64,000 bases of DNA, taken from positions 32,001 to 96,000 of the forward strand of contig JBPOGH010000007.1 of NCBI GenBank assembly GCA_051252135.1. Reading direction: 5' to 3'. The notes beneath the pieces were generated by a model, which was given only the letters and a program-made list of their open reading frames with translations, had not been told where the DNA came from and searched no databases. The position numbers and the translations under genes are program-made. Every line of letters starts with the position of its first letter. Position 1 is the stretch's first letter. Shown here one piece after another: positions 1 through 10,224 of this stretch. Source of the stretch: Verrucomicrobiaceae bacterium. Its GTDB lineage: Bacteria; Verrucomicrobiota; Verrucomicrobiia; Verrucomicrobiales; Akkermansiaceae.

Positions 1-1
1 G

Positions 2-2401
2 GTGAATGAGCAGGAGCTGGAGTTGTCGATTGTGCCCCGGGAAGGGGAGATGTGCTTTCACCTTTCGGGGACGAATTTTTTCCAGGAAGTCAGGGATGAG
101 AAGTTCCTTTCGACCGAAGCGGTGTGGGACCAGGAAGTGGTTTCCGAGACGAAGGAAGTTTATCGGGGGGAGTGGTTGGCGTATCAGTTTTTGAAGGCCG
201 GGATTGAGGAGGTGTCGCTGGAAGCGGTGCAGCAGTTCATGCAGCCGCGCTACAATGAGGGATACCTCAAAGGGGTGCATGATCATGATGCGCTCAAGAT
301 TGTGGAGGTCCTGAAGCCGATGCATGAGGGGGCGGGCCTGTTGAAGTATGGGCCACGTGTGCGGGCGAAGGCGCTGATGGCCTGGGAAGAGTGGGATGGG
401 GAGGAGAAGGAGGCTTTGATTGGTCGGCTGCAGTCGCACGGGGAGCGGAAGAAGGTGTTTGGGGTGAGTGAGTCGTCTGAGATTTGGAAAGATGTGTTCA
501 TCGTTGAGATGGAAGATCGTTTTTCCGAGGAGGCGGCGGAGTATCTTTATGAGGAGCTTACGACAGGTGAGGGCTTTGTGGTGTCCCAAGCAGGGGCTGA
601 GATTTACAAACATTTCAAGAGTGAGCTCACGGCGAAGCGGGCCGGGAAGATCTTTGAGGCGGCGCTGAAGCCATTTGCCGAGTCACTTTCGGGAAGGTTT
701 TCGGTGGCGATGGATTGGCTGTCGGCAGTCAGTGGTGAGGATGCCACTTACGAGGCAGCCTACTGGATTGCGAGGGGCGGTTATGAGGAACGGTGGGTGC
801 AGAGTGTGGGGCTGACGGGGGAAGTCGAAGGGCTGAAGGGATCGCACCGGCTGCTTGAGGGGGGGAGATTGGCGTTTCAGTATCATGATTTCATGGACCG
901 GATGCGGTTCTTTGAGCAGGAGCAAGTGCCGACCTTCATGGCGTATCACGAATCCAAGCAGAACCTGGTGGATGTGAAGCGGGAGGAGATGCGGCTGGAG
1001 GAGTTTAAGCCGCGGGTGATGAGTGCCTTTGTGCGGAACCGTCTGATCAACGAGGTGTATCTGCCGATGGTGGGGGATAATCTGGCGAAGCAGATGGGGA
1101 CGGCGGGTGATGAGACGCGGACGGACCGGATGGGCCTGCTGCTGTTGATTTCACCTCCCGGTTACGGGAAGACGACCTTGATGGAATACATCGGGAATCG
1201 TCTGGGGCTGACCTTCATGAAGATCAATGGTCCGGCGCTGGGGCATCATGTGACCTCGCTGGATCCCCAGGATGCTCCGAATGCTTCTGCCCGGGAAGAG
1301 ATTGAGAAGTTGAACCTGGCGCTGGAGATGGGGGATAATGTGATGATTTATCTTGATGATATTCAGCATACGAACCCGGAGTTTTTGCAGAAATTCATCA
1401 GTCTGTGTGACGGGCAGAGGAAGATTGAGGGGGTGTTCAATGGGAAGGCCAAGACCTACGACCTCCGCGGGAAGAAAGTTGCCGTGGTGATGGCGGGGAA
1501 TCCCTATACTGAAAGTGGCGGGAAGTTCCAGATTCCCGATATGCTGGCGAACCGGGCGGATACGTATAATTTGGGCGATATTTTGGGTGATCACGAAGAG
1601 GCCTTCAAGGCGAGCTTCATTGAGAACTGTCTGACCTCGAACAGCGTGTTGAGCAAGCTGGCGAGCCGGACTCAGAAGGATGTGTATGCGGCGATGGCGA
1701 TTGCGGAGACGGGATCGAGCGAAGGGGTGGACTTTGAGGGGAACTATACGCCGGCGGAGATTGACGAATTTGCGAAGACGCTGAGGCATCTGTTCCGGGT
1801 GCGGGATTCAATTCTTCGGGTAAATATGGAGTATATCCGGAGTGCGGCGCAGGAGGATGCCTATCGGGTGGAGCCCTCGTTTAAGTTGCAGGGTTCCTAC
1901 CGGAACATGAACCGGATTGCGGAGAAGGTGATTCCGATGATGACGGCGGAGGAGGTGGAGGGCCTTATTTTCGACCATTATGAAAATGAGTCGCAAACGT
2001 TGACGACGGGAGCGGAGGCCAACTTATTGAAATTTAAGCTGATGGAGGGGGTGATGACTGAGGAGGAGGCCGCGCGCTGGGCTCAGATTAAAAAGGATTT
2101 TGGGAAGCAGAAGCTACTGGGAGGTGCGGGGGAGAATGATCCGGTGGCCCGGGTGGTGGCGCAGATGAGTCAGTTCAATGAAGGGCTGGATGCGATCGGG
2201 CAGGGGCTGAGTCGGCCACAGAGTTTGGCTGATGCGAGTATCGAGCAGCTTTCACGGATAATCGAGGGGTTGAGGGCGGTTCCGGTGCAGGTCGACATCA
2301 AAGTGGTGCCGGTGCAGGACGACGGGGATTCCATCGAGAGCATTTCGAAGGGATCCGATTCCCCGATTGATATCGAGCCTGAGGTGAGGCAGGGAGATTG
2401 A
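2..2401 (+). CDS. C-terminal part of a large AAA-type ATPase ('DNA repair ATPase'/DUF3686-associated family); 5'-partial
   Basis: Open from the window edge. Walker A SPPGYGKT, Walker B MIYLDD, followed by GNPYTESG..FQIPDMLANRAD motifs typical of this family. Confidence 0.7.
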   Translation: MNEQELELSIVPREGEMCFHLSGTNFFQEVRDEKFLSTEAVWDQEVVSETKEVYRGEWLAYQFLKAGIEEVSLEAVQQFMQPRYNEGYLKGVHDHDALKIVEVLKPMHEGAGLLKYGPRVRAKALMAWEEWDGEEKEALIGRLQSHGERKKVFGVSESSEIWKDVFIVEMEDRFSEEAAEYLYEELTTGEGFVVSQAGAEIYKHFKSELTAKRAGKIFEAALKPFAESLSGRFSVAMDWLSAVSGEDATYEAAYWIARGGYEERWVQSVGLTGEVEGLKGSHRLLEGGRLAFQYHDFMDRMRFFEQEQVPTFMAYHESKQNLVDVKREEMRLEEFKPRVMSAFVRNRLINEVYLPMVGDNLAKQMGTAGDETRTDRMGLLLLISPPGYGKTTLMEYIGNRLGLTFMKINGPALGHHVTSLDPQDAPNASAREEIEKLNLALEMGDNVMIYLDDIQHTNPEFLQKFISLCDGQRKIEGVFNGKAKTYDLRGKKVAVVMAGNPYTESGGKFQIPDMLANRADTYNLGDILGDHEEAFKASFIENCLTSNSVLSKLASRTQKDVYAAMAIAETGSSEGVDFEGNYTPAEIDEFAKTLRHLFRVRDSILRVNMEYIRSAAQEDAYRVEPSFKLQGSYRNMNRIAEKVIPMMTAEEVEGLIFDHYENESQTLTTGAEANLLKFKLMEGVMTEEEAARWAQIKKDFGKQKLLGGAGENDPVARVVAQMSQFNEGLDAIGQGLSRPQSLADASIEQLSRIIEGLRAVPVQVDIKVVPVQDDGDSIESISKGSDSPIDIEPEVRQGD

Positions 2402-2410
2402 AGCCGGAGC

Positions 2411-2908
2411 TTACTTTCTTTGCCGCCTTGGATGCGAGTCGGAGAGGCTGACCTTTCTGGTCTTGCGGGTGGGGCTGGCAAGACCCCGGGCGTTGGCATC
2501 TTTGGAAACGTCGGCATACCTTGGGTTGACCCGGACCCGACTGGTGAATCTCTCGCCGCAGAAGGGACAGAGAAAGGATTGCGCGAAGAGAATCGAAGAG
2601 GAGAGCTTCAGGCGATAGCTTCCAAAGAAGGTCTCTGCCTTCCGGTGCTTGGAGCATTTACGCGGCATCATCATCGGGGCCTGACAGAGCTGGCAACGGC
2701 ATCTGGATCCGATGGTGAGGCTCAAGAGCCAGGTAAGGAGAGCCAGCCCGAGGGTGATTCCGGCTGTCTTGGAGTAAGACCAATCTTCCAGAACGATGGC
2801 AGCGAGAAGGAGGAGAATGGTGGCGGTCAGGCTAATTGCCGCAAGACCCAGAAGAATACTGCTTTGGACGAGTGATCGGGCCATCTGGTGACTGCGGAGA
2901 TAATGCAT
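2411..2908 (-). CDS. Hypothetical membrane protein with Cys/His-rich (putative Zn-binding) region
   Basis: Two hydrophobic helices, then CRCQLC...C..H...CPFCGE; paralogue of 3092-3586. Confidence 0.75.
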   Translation of the reverse strand: MHYLRSHQMARSLVQSSILLGLAAISLTATILLLLAAIVLEDWSYSKTAGITLGLALLTWLLSLTIGSRCRCQLCQAPMMMPRKCSKHRKAETFFGSYRLKLSSSILFAQSFLCPFCGERFTSRVRVNPRYADVSKDANARGLASPTRKTRKVSLSDSHPRRQRK

Positions 2909-3091
2909 GAAGTTGGGGGTTATAAATCTGGTTGCATTAACTGACGAAACAGGCGGCCGGAATCTTCAATTTATTTGCGTGAAAATATGAGAAAATCCAC
3001 GCTCGGGATTCTATTTAAGCAATGTTGATGCCAACAATGGCAATTGTGCCCCAATGACAGGTCCCGGTCAGGTCCCGGTGGCCACACGATC

Positions 3092-3586
3092 TCACCTTTT
3101 CTTGGATGGCAAGTGTCCGGAATTTCTCACGCTGGAGATGGGACGGCGGACTTCCGCATTGGGAGTGACAATGTGCGCCGAGTTGGAGGCCAACGCGATG
3201 GGGTTGTCAGGGCGGGTACAGGAGAAGTGTTCTCCACAGCAAGGACAGGTGTATCGTCCGCAGAAGGTCACCCCCAAAGCAAGACGGAGCCGATGGCTGC
3301 CGAAAGCGGTGCGGGAGTTCTGGTGTTTGGTGCATTTCTGGGAAAGCATCATGGCTGCCTGACAGAGCTGGCAGCGGCATCTGAATGCAAAGAAGGCATT
3401 GAAGCCGGTAAAGAGAAGAAAGAGACCAAAGGCACCTCCGACAGCCCAGAGGATGTTCATCTCGTTGGTGATGACGCTCCATGCCAAGAGCCCGAAGAAG
3501 CTGACTGCGCTCAAGTAGGCGATAATGAAGCTCAAGCTGCTCATTTTGAGAGCTCTGACCATCCCCCGGTGGCGTAAGTAGTGCAT
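3092..3586 (-). CDS. Hypothetical membrane protein with Cys/His-rich region (tandem paralogue)
   Basis: Same MHYLR start, two TM helices, CRCQLCQA...CTKH...FGSHRL...CPCCGE. Confidence 0.75.
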   Translation of the reverse strand: MHYLRHRGMVRALKMSSLSFIIAYLSAVSFFGLLAWSVITNEMNILWAVGGAFGLFLLFTGFNAFFAFRCRCQLCQAAMMLSQKCTKHQNSRTAFGSHRLRLALGVTFCGRYTCPCCGEHFSCTRPDNPIALASNSAHIVTPNAEVRRPISSVRNSGHLPSKKR

Positions 3587-3779
3587 ATTGCGAATTGGTT
3601 GTTGTTGAATTGCACGATGTGACCGGGGGGCGAGTGGGTCACACCAAGAGCAATGAGAACCGAACTGTTGGCCGGTTTGTAATTATTGTCGAGATAATGC
3701 GTAGAAAACTATCAACAGGTCGTTGAGAAATCCGGCAAGAATCGTTGTTTCAAAATTGGTAGCAGTTCTCCTGCCAAAA

Positions 3780-4538
3780 TTACCATGGGGTCATTCCTCC
3801 ATTTACGTGAAGGGTCTGGCCGGTGATGAAGGATGACGCTTCCGAAGCAAAGAAGGTGACAGCGTTTCCGATATCGGAGGGTGTTCCCCAGCGTCCGGCG
3901 GGGATTTGAGAGAAATAGCCGTCTTTGTCTTCCTGGGGATCGTTTGCGTGTCGCTCGACAGGGATCCAGCCGGGGGCGATCATGTTGACGGTGATGCCGT
4001 GGGGGGCGAGTTCTTTGGCCATGCTGCGGGACCATCCGATCTGCCCCCCTTTGGCGGCGACGTAGGCGGAGAAGTTGGGGTTTGAGCAGGCAAAAACCTC
4101 GGAGGTGATATTGATGAAGCGGCCCCATTTTTGGGCCTTCATGGCGGGGAGGGCGGCTTGGGCGAGGAGGAAGGGGCTGATGACGAAGAAGTCGAGCATC
4201 TGGCGGTAGAATGCTTCATCGTACTCCTCGATGGGTTTTTGGGGTTGGGGCGGGGTGGCATTGGGGACGATGATATCGACGGGGCCGAGTTCGTTGCCGG
4301 CCTGTTCGATGAGAGCTTTGACGTCCGATTCCCGGGAGACATCGGCTTTGATGGCGATGGCGGAGCCGCCGTTTGCGATGATTTCATCCGCGATCTTCTG
4401 TCCTTGCCCGATGTTGTTGAAGGCGTTGATGACGACTTTTGCTCCGGCGTTGGCGAGGCTCTGTGCGATGCCGGCGCCGAGGCCTTTGCTGCTGCCGGTT
4501 ACGAGGGCGACGTGGTTCTGGAGAGAGTGAGGATTCAT
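3780..4538 (-). CDS. SDR family NAD(P)-dependent oxidoreductase (FabG-like)
   Basis: TGSSKGLG Rossmann motif, YVAAK catalytic motif, ITGQTLHVNGG C-terminus. Confidence 0.9.
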   Translation of the reverse strand: MNPHSLQNHVALVTGSSKGLGAGIAQSLANAGAKVVINAFNNIGQGQKIADEIIANGGSAIAIKADVSRESDVKALIEQAGNELGPVDIIVPNATPPQPQKPIEEYDEAFYRQMLDFFVISPFLLAQAALPAMKAQKWGRFINITSEVFACSNPNFSAYVAAKGGQIGWSRSMAKELAPHGITVNMIAPGWIPVERHANDPQEDKDGYFSQIPAGRWGTPSDIGNAVTFFASEASSFITGQTLHVNGGMTPW

Positions 4539-4646
4539 CGGATATGGGGAGGTTACGGAGGAGGGGTGGGAAGTAGATCAATAAAGTGGTAAAGAACGAT
4601 AGTTCTTTGTGGTTTGTAGCGTTAGAATCACGATCCCCAAAGGGGG

Positions 4647-7600
4647 ATGATGAGTGTTGAGATGAAGGGAATGGTTTCGTTTTTTGGCTATCGCGGTGCT
4701 GTCCGGGCAGGCATCGGCGTTTTTGTGGCGAGCGGTGGCTTTTTAATGGCGGAGAAGATTGGAGAGGGTGTGGTGTTTTTCGAGAGCAAAGTACGGCCAA
4801 TTTTGGTGGAGCATTGTTATCGGTGTCACTCGGAGGAGGAGGGGAAGCGGAAGGGCGGGTTGCTGCTCGATCGGAAGGCGGGTTGGATGGAGGGAGGAGA
4901 TAGCGGGGAGTCGGTTTTGAATCTGAAGGAGCCGTCGGAGAGTCTGCTGATCAAGATGGTGCATCACGATCCTGATTTTGAGGCGATGCCTCCGAAATCG
5001 AAGTTATCGGAGAAGGAGATCGGGGATTTGGTGAAGTGGGTGGAGATGGGGGCACCGGATCCCCGGGGTGAGGCGATTGGGGAATCGGTGGCGAAGGAGG
5101 CGTTTGATCTGGAAGAGCGGAGCAAGTGGTGGTCTTTGCAGCCGCTGATGGAGGTGAAGGTCCCGGAGGTGGAGGGAAAAGGATGGCCGCTGAATGAGGT
5201 GGATCGTTTTCTAAAGGTGAAGCTGGAGGAAAAGGGATGGGAGCCTGCGGGGGAGGCGCGGAAGGAAGATTTGCTGAGGAGGCTGAGTGTGACGCTGACG
5301 GGCCTGGCTCCGACGGCCGAGGAGGTGTTGGAGTATTTGGAGGATGAGGAAGAGGGGGCTTATGAGCGGCAGGTGGATCGGCTGATGGGGTCGGTTCATT
5401 TTGGTGAGCGCTTTGCGCGGCACTGGATGGATGTGGTGCGGTTTGCGGATTCGAAGGCGTTTGAGTCGGACTACACGATTCCCTACACGGCGGAGTACCG
5501 TGATTATCTGATTCGGTCCTTCAATGCGGATGTGCCGTTTGATCAGTTCGTGAAGGAGGCGTTTGCGGGTGATCTTTTGGCGGAGCCGAGGGTGGTGAAT
5601 GGGGTGAATGAGTCGGTGATGGGGCCGGGGTTCATGTTGTTTACCGATGGGCAGCATGGTCCGCCGGATATTCATGAGGATGAGGCGCGGGTCTTTGATG
5701 GGATGATCAATACGGCGACGGTGGCATTTCAGGGGCTGACGGTTTCGTGTGCGAAGTGTCATGACCATAAATTTGATGCGATCACGACGGCGGATTATTA
5801 TTCTTTTTACGGGATGCTGCGGAGTTCACGGCTGCATTATGCGAATGCGCAGGTGATTCCGGAGCATGATGCGAGCGTGGTGGCGGAGATTCAGGCGATT
5901 GAGGACGAGGTCCTGAAGGGATCGCTGGGGAAGATGGATTTTTTGCGAGAGGCTGTCGAAGTGGCGACGGCGACGGTTGCTGATCCGGAGTGGGCGGAGC
6001 GGATTGCGCAGGTGGGGAAGGCGAAGGATCGGGAGAAGGCGATGGCGGATCTGCGAACGGAGTTTCGAGAGTCGGGAGCGAATTGGTTGGCGGAAGAATG
6101 GTTTCAGTTTTTGGTGATGGATCGTCCGGCGATGGAGTTGGCGGGGTTGCGGAGGGCGCTTCTGGGTCAGAGAGTGAAGAAGGCGGGACTGATGGTGGAT
6201 CAGGGGAAGAAATTTGAGTGGGTTGCGAAGGGGGAAGGATTTGAGCGTGTGGATGAGGAGGTGTTGCTTTGGGATGCGGTGGAGACGGCGCGGATACGGG
6301 GTGGCGCGGGGCCGGGTTATGTTTCGGGGCGGGTGAGCGGAAAGCTGGACGGGACGTTGAGGAGTGGGGACTTTGTGTTGGATGGGAAGCCGGTGGAACT
6401 TTGGGTGAAGGGGCAAGGGGCGGTGGTGAATCTGATTGTGCGGAATTATGAGTTGGTGGGTTATGGGCCAACGACGAACGTGTTGCGGAAGGTGGTGAAC
6501 TCGGACTCGCCGGTGAAGCTGACTTTTCCGACGACGCTTTGGGAAGGTGAGACGGCTTATCTGGAAGTGCTTCAGCATGGCGAGGTGATGCAGTGTTATC
6601 GTGCCAAGGAAGACCTTCCGCGGATTAACGAGCGGGCCTATGCGGTGGTGCCGGACCGGGTGGATTCGGGGCGGTGGGATGTTGATTGGGGTGGGGATGT
6701 GTCGATTGTGTTGGCGCGGCTGAAGGAGTTGTTAGAGGCCGGGGAAAAGCGGGAGTTGATTGGGGCGTTGGCGGCGGAGGGATTGCTGCCTCAGGCGGAT
6801 ACGGACAGTGAGTCGGGTCGTAGCTTGGTGGCGCTTCATGGGAGCTTGCCGAAGCCGCGGTACGTGCGGACGTTGACCGACGGGCCGGGGATGGAGCAGC
6901 GGGTTTATGTCCGTGGGAATCATAAGTCGGAGAGTAAGGAGGCGAATCCGAAGCGATTCATGGATGCGTTTGGAGGAACACATTTTGAGGAGAAGGGGAG
7001 CGGGCGGCTTGAGTATGCGGAGCATCTGTTGACGACGGGGCAGGCGTTGACGGCGCGGGTGCGGGTGAATCGGATTTGGTCGCGGATTTTTGGGCAGGGC
7101 TTGGTCTCATCGGTTGATGATTTTGGAAAGATGGGGACGGCGCCGAGCCATCCCGAGTTGCTGGATTATTTGGCGGGGGAGTTTGTGAAGAACGGGTGGT
7201 CGACGAAGTGGCTGATTCGGAAGCTGGTGACGACGCGGGCATTTCAGATGTCATCGAAGCGTGGGTCCGAGGTGATGGAGGCTGATCCGGGAAACATTTT
7301 TCTACAGCATATGCCGCTGCAGCGGATGGATGCGGAGTCGGTGCGGGATCATCTGTTGGCGGTGAGCGGGAATTTGAAGGAAGATGTTTTTGGTCCTGCC
7401 GTGGGTCCGTGGGTGGGGGATTTGCCGGGGTCCCGGGCGAGTCCCCGAAATGGTCCATTGGATGGGGCGGGACGACGGTCGATTTATCAGCAGATGCGGC
7501 GGAACTTTTTGCCTTCGTTTCAGCGGGCCTTCAATTTGCCGCTTCCGGTGGCGCCGGTGGGGCAGCGGCAGGTGACGAATGTGCCGGCACAGGCTTTGGC

Positions 7601-7853
7601 GCTGTTGAACCATCCGCTGGTGATTCAGCAGGCGGAGGGATGGGCCAAGAGATTGGAAGCATCGAGTGATGATGTGGAGGAGCGGATTCGCTTGATGCAT
7701 TTGCAGGGGTTCTCGCGGGAGGCGACGGAGCGGGAAGTGCGTTGGGCGAAGGGTGCTTTGGAGGAGTTTTTGAAAGAGGAGGATCAGGCGAAGGCCTGGG
7801 TCTCGCTGTGTCATGTGATGATGAATCGAAAGGAGTTTATTTATGTCTTCTAG
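4647..7853 (+). CDS. Planctomycete cytochrome c / DUF1549 / DUF1553 (PSD1) domain protein
   Basis: CYRCH and CAKCH heme motifs; GERFARHWMDVVRF, PSHPELLDYLA and NVPAQALALLN motifs. Exact start uncertain. Confidence 0.9.
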   Translation: MMSVEMKGMVSFFGYRGAVRAGIGVFVASGGFLMAEKIGEGVVFFESKVRPILVEHCYRCHSEEEGKRKGGLLLDRKAGWMEGGDSGESVLNLKEPSESLLIKMVHHDPDFEAMPPKSKLSEKEIGDLVKWVEMGAPDPRGEAIGESVAKEAFDLEERSKWWSLQPLMEVKVPEVEGKGWPLNEVDRFLKVKLEEKGWEPAGEARKEDLLRRLSVTLTGLAPTAEEVLEYLEDEEEGAYERQVDRLMGSVHFGERFARHWMDVVRFADSKAFESDYTIPYTAEYRDYLIRSFNADVPFDQFVKEAFAGDLLAEPRVVNGVNESVMGPGFMLFTDGQHGPPDIHEDEARVFDGMINTATVAFQGLTVSCAKCHDHKFDAITTADYYSFYGMLRSSRLHYANAQVIPEHDASVVAEIQAIEDEVLKGSLGKMDFLREAVEVATATVADPEWAERIAQVGKAKDREKAMADLRTEFRESGANWLAEEWFQFLVMDRPAMELAGLRRALLGQRVKKAGLMVDQGKKFEWVAKGEGFERVDEEVLLWDAVETARIRGGAGPGYVSGRVSGKLDGTLRSGDFVLDGKPVELWVKGQGAVVNLIVRNYELVGYGPTTNVLRKVVNSDSPVKLTFPTTLWEGETAYLEVLQHGEVMQCYRAKEDLPRINERAYAVVPDRVDSGRWDVDWGGDVSIVLARLKELLEAGEKRELIGALAAEGLLPQADTDSESGRSLVALHGSLPKPRYVRTLTDGPGMEQRVYVRGNHKSESKEANPKRFMDAFGGTHFEEKGSGRLEYAEHLLTTGQALTARVRVNRIWSRIFGQGLVSSVDDFGKMGTAPSHPELLDYLAGEFVKNGWSTKWLIRKLVTTRAFQMSSKRGSEVMEADPGNIFLQHMPLQRMDAESVRDHLLAVSGNLKEDVFGPAVGPWVGDLPGSRASPRNGPLDGAGRRSIYQQMRRNFLPSFQRAFNLPLPVAPVGQRQVTNVPAQALALLNHPLVIQQAEGWAKRLEASSDDVEERIRLMHLQGFSREATEREVRWAKGALEEFLKEEDQAKAWVSLCHVMMNRKEFIYVF

Positions 7854-9234
7854 GATTGAGCAGATGTTGCGACGTCGAGAGTTTATGGGGCGTGGGGCGA
7901 TGGGTTTTGGGTCGCTGGCGCTGAGCAGTCTTCTCCAGCAGGAGACGCGTGGGGTGGTGCGGGCTCCGCATTTTCAGCCGAAGGCGAAGAGTGTGATCTT
8001 CCTCTACATGGATGGCGGGGTGTCGCACGTGGATAGCTTTGATCCGAAGCCCTTGCTGGCGAAGGAGAACGGGCAGAAGCCGAAGTTTAAGGTGGATAAG
8101 ACGGTGTTTAACAACAACGGCAATATCCTCAAGAGTCCGTGGGAGTTTAAGAATCGGGGGGAGAGCGGGTTGCCGATCAGTGAGCTCTTTCCGCACATTG
8201 CGAAGTGTGCGGATGATCTGTGCGTGATTCGGTCGATGACGGCATTTTCGCCGAACCATCCGAACGCAAATTACTCACTGCACAGTGGTCACGTTTTGAC
8301 AGGAAGGCCGAGCATGGGAGCGTGGGCTTCGTATGGATTGGGCAGTGAGAATGAGACGTTGCCGAGTTATGTGGTGATTCACGGTGGGCAGGTGCCGTCG
8401 GGCGGGATGCAGATGACGGGGAATGGTTTTTTGTCGGCGAAGCACCAGCCATCGGTTTTTTTACCGAAGGGGCAGGTGATGCAGAATATTGTGCCGAAAG
8501 AGAGTGATGGGCTGCAGCGGAGGAAGCTGGCGATGTTGCGCGATATCGAGGGGGACCTTTTGAGTGCGCATCAGGATTCGGAGATGATTCGGTCGGCGAT
8601 CGATAACTACGAGATGGCGTTCAAGATGCAGATGTCGGTTCCGGATGTGGCGGATTTGGAGAAGGAGACAGAGGCGACGAAGAAGCTCTATGGTTTGGAT
8701 GGGAAGACGGAGGCGACGCGGACCTATGGGGCGCAGTGTCTGATGGCTCGTCGTTTGGTTGAGCAGGGGGTGCGGTTTGTGGAGTTGACGATTGCGAAGG
8801 CGGGAGGGGATCGCTGGGACCAGCATTCGAATCTGAAGGGAGGGCACTCGAGGAATGCGGCGATGGTGGATCAGCCGATTGCGGGGCTTTTGAAGGATTT
8901 GAAGTCACGTGGGATGCTCGATGATACCCTGGTGGTGTTTGCGGGTGAGTTCGGGCGGACGCCCTTTAGTCAGGGATCGAATGGCCGGGATCATAATCCG
9001 CAAGGGTTCTCGATCTGGATGGCCGGAGGGGGCGTGAAGGGAGGGATGAGCTACGGCGCGACTGACGAGTATGGGTATCGGGTGGTGGAGAATAAGCTTA
9101 CGGTGCATGATCTCCATGCGAACATGCTTCATTTGCTGGGGCTTGATCACGAGAAGGTGACGTATCGTTATGGAGGGCGCGATGTGCGATTGACCGATGT
9201 TCATGGGGAGATCATTCCCGAAATTTTAGCTTAA
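7843..9234 (+). CDS. DUF1501 domain protein (Tat-like N-terminus)
   Basis: RRREFM, AKSVIFLYMDGGVSHVDSFDPKP, GEFGRTP, GRDHNP; overlaps the upstream stop codon. Confidence 0.9.
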   Translation: MSSRIEQMLRRREFMGRGAMGFGSLALSSLLQQETRGVVRAPHFQPKAKSVIFLYMDGGVSHVDSFDPKPLLAKENGQKPKFKVDKTVFNNNGNILKSPWEFKNRGESGLPISELFPHIAKCADDLCVIRSMTAFSPNHPNANYSLHSGHVLTGRPSMGAWASYGLGSENETLPSYVVIHGGQVPSGGMQMTGNGFLSAKHQPSVFLPKGQVMQNIVPKESDGLQRRKLAMLRDIEGDLLSAHQDSEMIRSAIDNYEMAFKMQMSVPDVADLEKETEATKKLYGLDGKTEATRTYGAQCLMARRLVEQGVRFVELTIAKAGGDRWDQHSNLKGGHSRNAAMVDQPIAGLLKDLKSRGMLDDTLVVFAGEFGRTPFSQGSNGRDHNPQGFSIWMAGGGVKGGMSYGATDEYGYRVVENKLTVHDLHANMLHLLGLDHEKVTYRYGGRDVRLTDVHGEIIPEILA

Positions 9235-9235
9235 G

Positions 9236-10156
9236 ATGAAAACGATTCTAACACTGTCCTTGATGGGAGCCTTGGCGGCTCATGCGGCTCCTTTTGGTGA
9301 ACAAATTAGCGAGACGGGGATTCGGCATTCGTTTTTGCTGACGGGGACGCGGACGATTATTGTGGATGAGGATTCGGAAGTGATCTGGGAAGTGAAGGCG
9401 AAGTCTCGTGATGGCTGGGTGTTGCCAAACGGGAATGTGCTGGTGGCATTTCGGGATGCGGTGAAGGAATTTGATCGGGAGAAGAAAGTCGTTTTTCAGT
9501 ATCAGCTGTCTAAAGAGAATAAGGAGATCGGGACGGTGCAGCGCCTGGAGAACGGGAATACCTTGGTTACGGAGCTTGGGAAGAAGCCGCGCCTTTTGGA
9601 GGTGGGTCAGGATGGAGGGATCGCGGTGGAGGTGCCGCTGAAGCCGGAGACGGACAATGCGCACATGCAGACGCGGATGGCGCGGAAGATGGCGAATGGA
9701 AATTATCTCGTGCCGCATTTGCACGCCTTCGCAGTGAAGGAATATTCGCCAAAGGGCGAGGTGGTGCGGACGATTAAGACGGACCTTGCGGAGCTGGGAG
9801 GGCGGGAAAAGCGGAACTGGCCTTTCACGGCGATTCTAAAAGAGGACGGGAACGTGCTCGTGAATCTGACGAACGGAAATAAGACGGTGGTCTTCGATCA
9901 GGACGGCAAGGTTGTTTGGAAGGCGACGAATGAAGATGTCGCGGGTCGCTTTGCCGATCCTTGCGGGGGGCACCTGCTGGATAACGGGAACTTTGTGGTT
10001 TGTGCCTATGGGCAGAAGAAGAACGAGATGGCTGATCTGTTTGAGATCGATGCGGAGAAAAAGGTGGTCTGGGAATTCAAGGCGCCGGGTTTTCGCGGGG
10101 CGCATGAGGTTCACATTTTGACCACGAATGGGGAGAAGGTGGTGGGGAAGAGGTAG
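9236..10156 (+). CDS. Secreted beta-propeller protein (arylsulfotransferase/PQQ-like repeats)
   Basis: Signal peptide; repeated LxNGNxLV and xxGxVVW blades; 1 bp after the DUF1501 gene. Confidence 0.7.
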   Translation: MKTILTLSLMGALAAHAAPFGEQISETGIRHSFLLTGTRTIIVDEDSEVIWEVKAKSRDGWVLPNGNVLVAFRDAVKEFDREKKVVFQYQLSKENKEIGTVQRLENGNTLVTELGKKPRLLEVGQDGGIAVEVPLKPETDNAHMQTRMARKMANGNYLVPHLHAFAVKEYSPKGEVVRTIKTDLAELGGREKRNWPFTAILKEDGNVLVNLTNGNKTVVFDQDGKVVWKATNEDVAGRFADPCGGHLLDNGNFVVCAYGQKKNEMADLFEIDAEKKVVWEFKAPGFRGAHEVHILTTNGEKVVGKR

Positions 10157-10224
10157 GCGATTCGCCTTTTGATCTTAACAAAAGATTAGTGATTTTTCCC
10201 GGCAGCGGTTTTCTTTGGTTCTCT

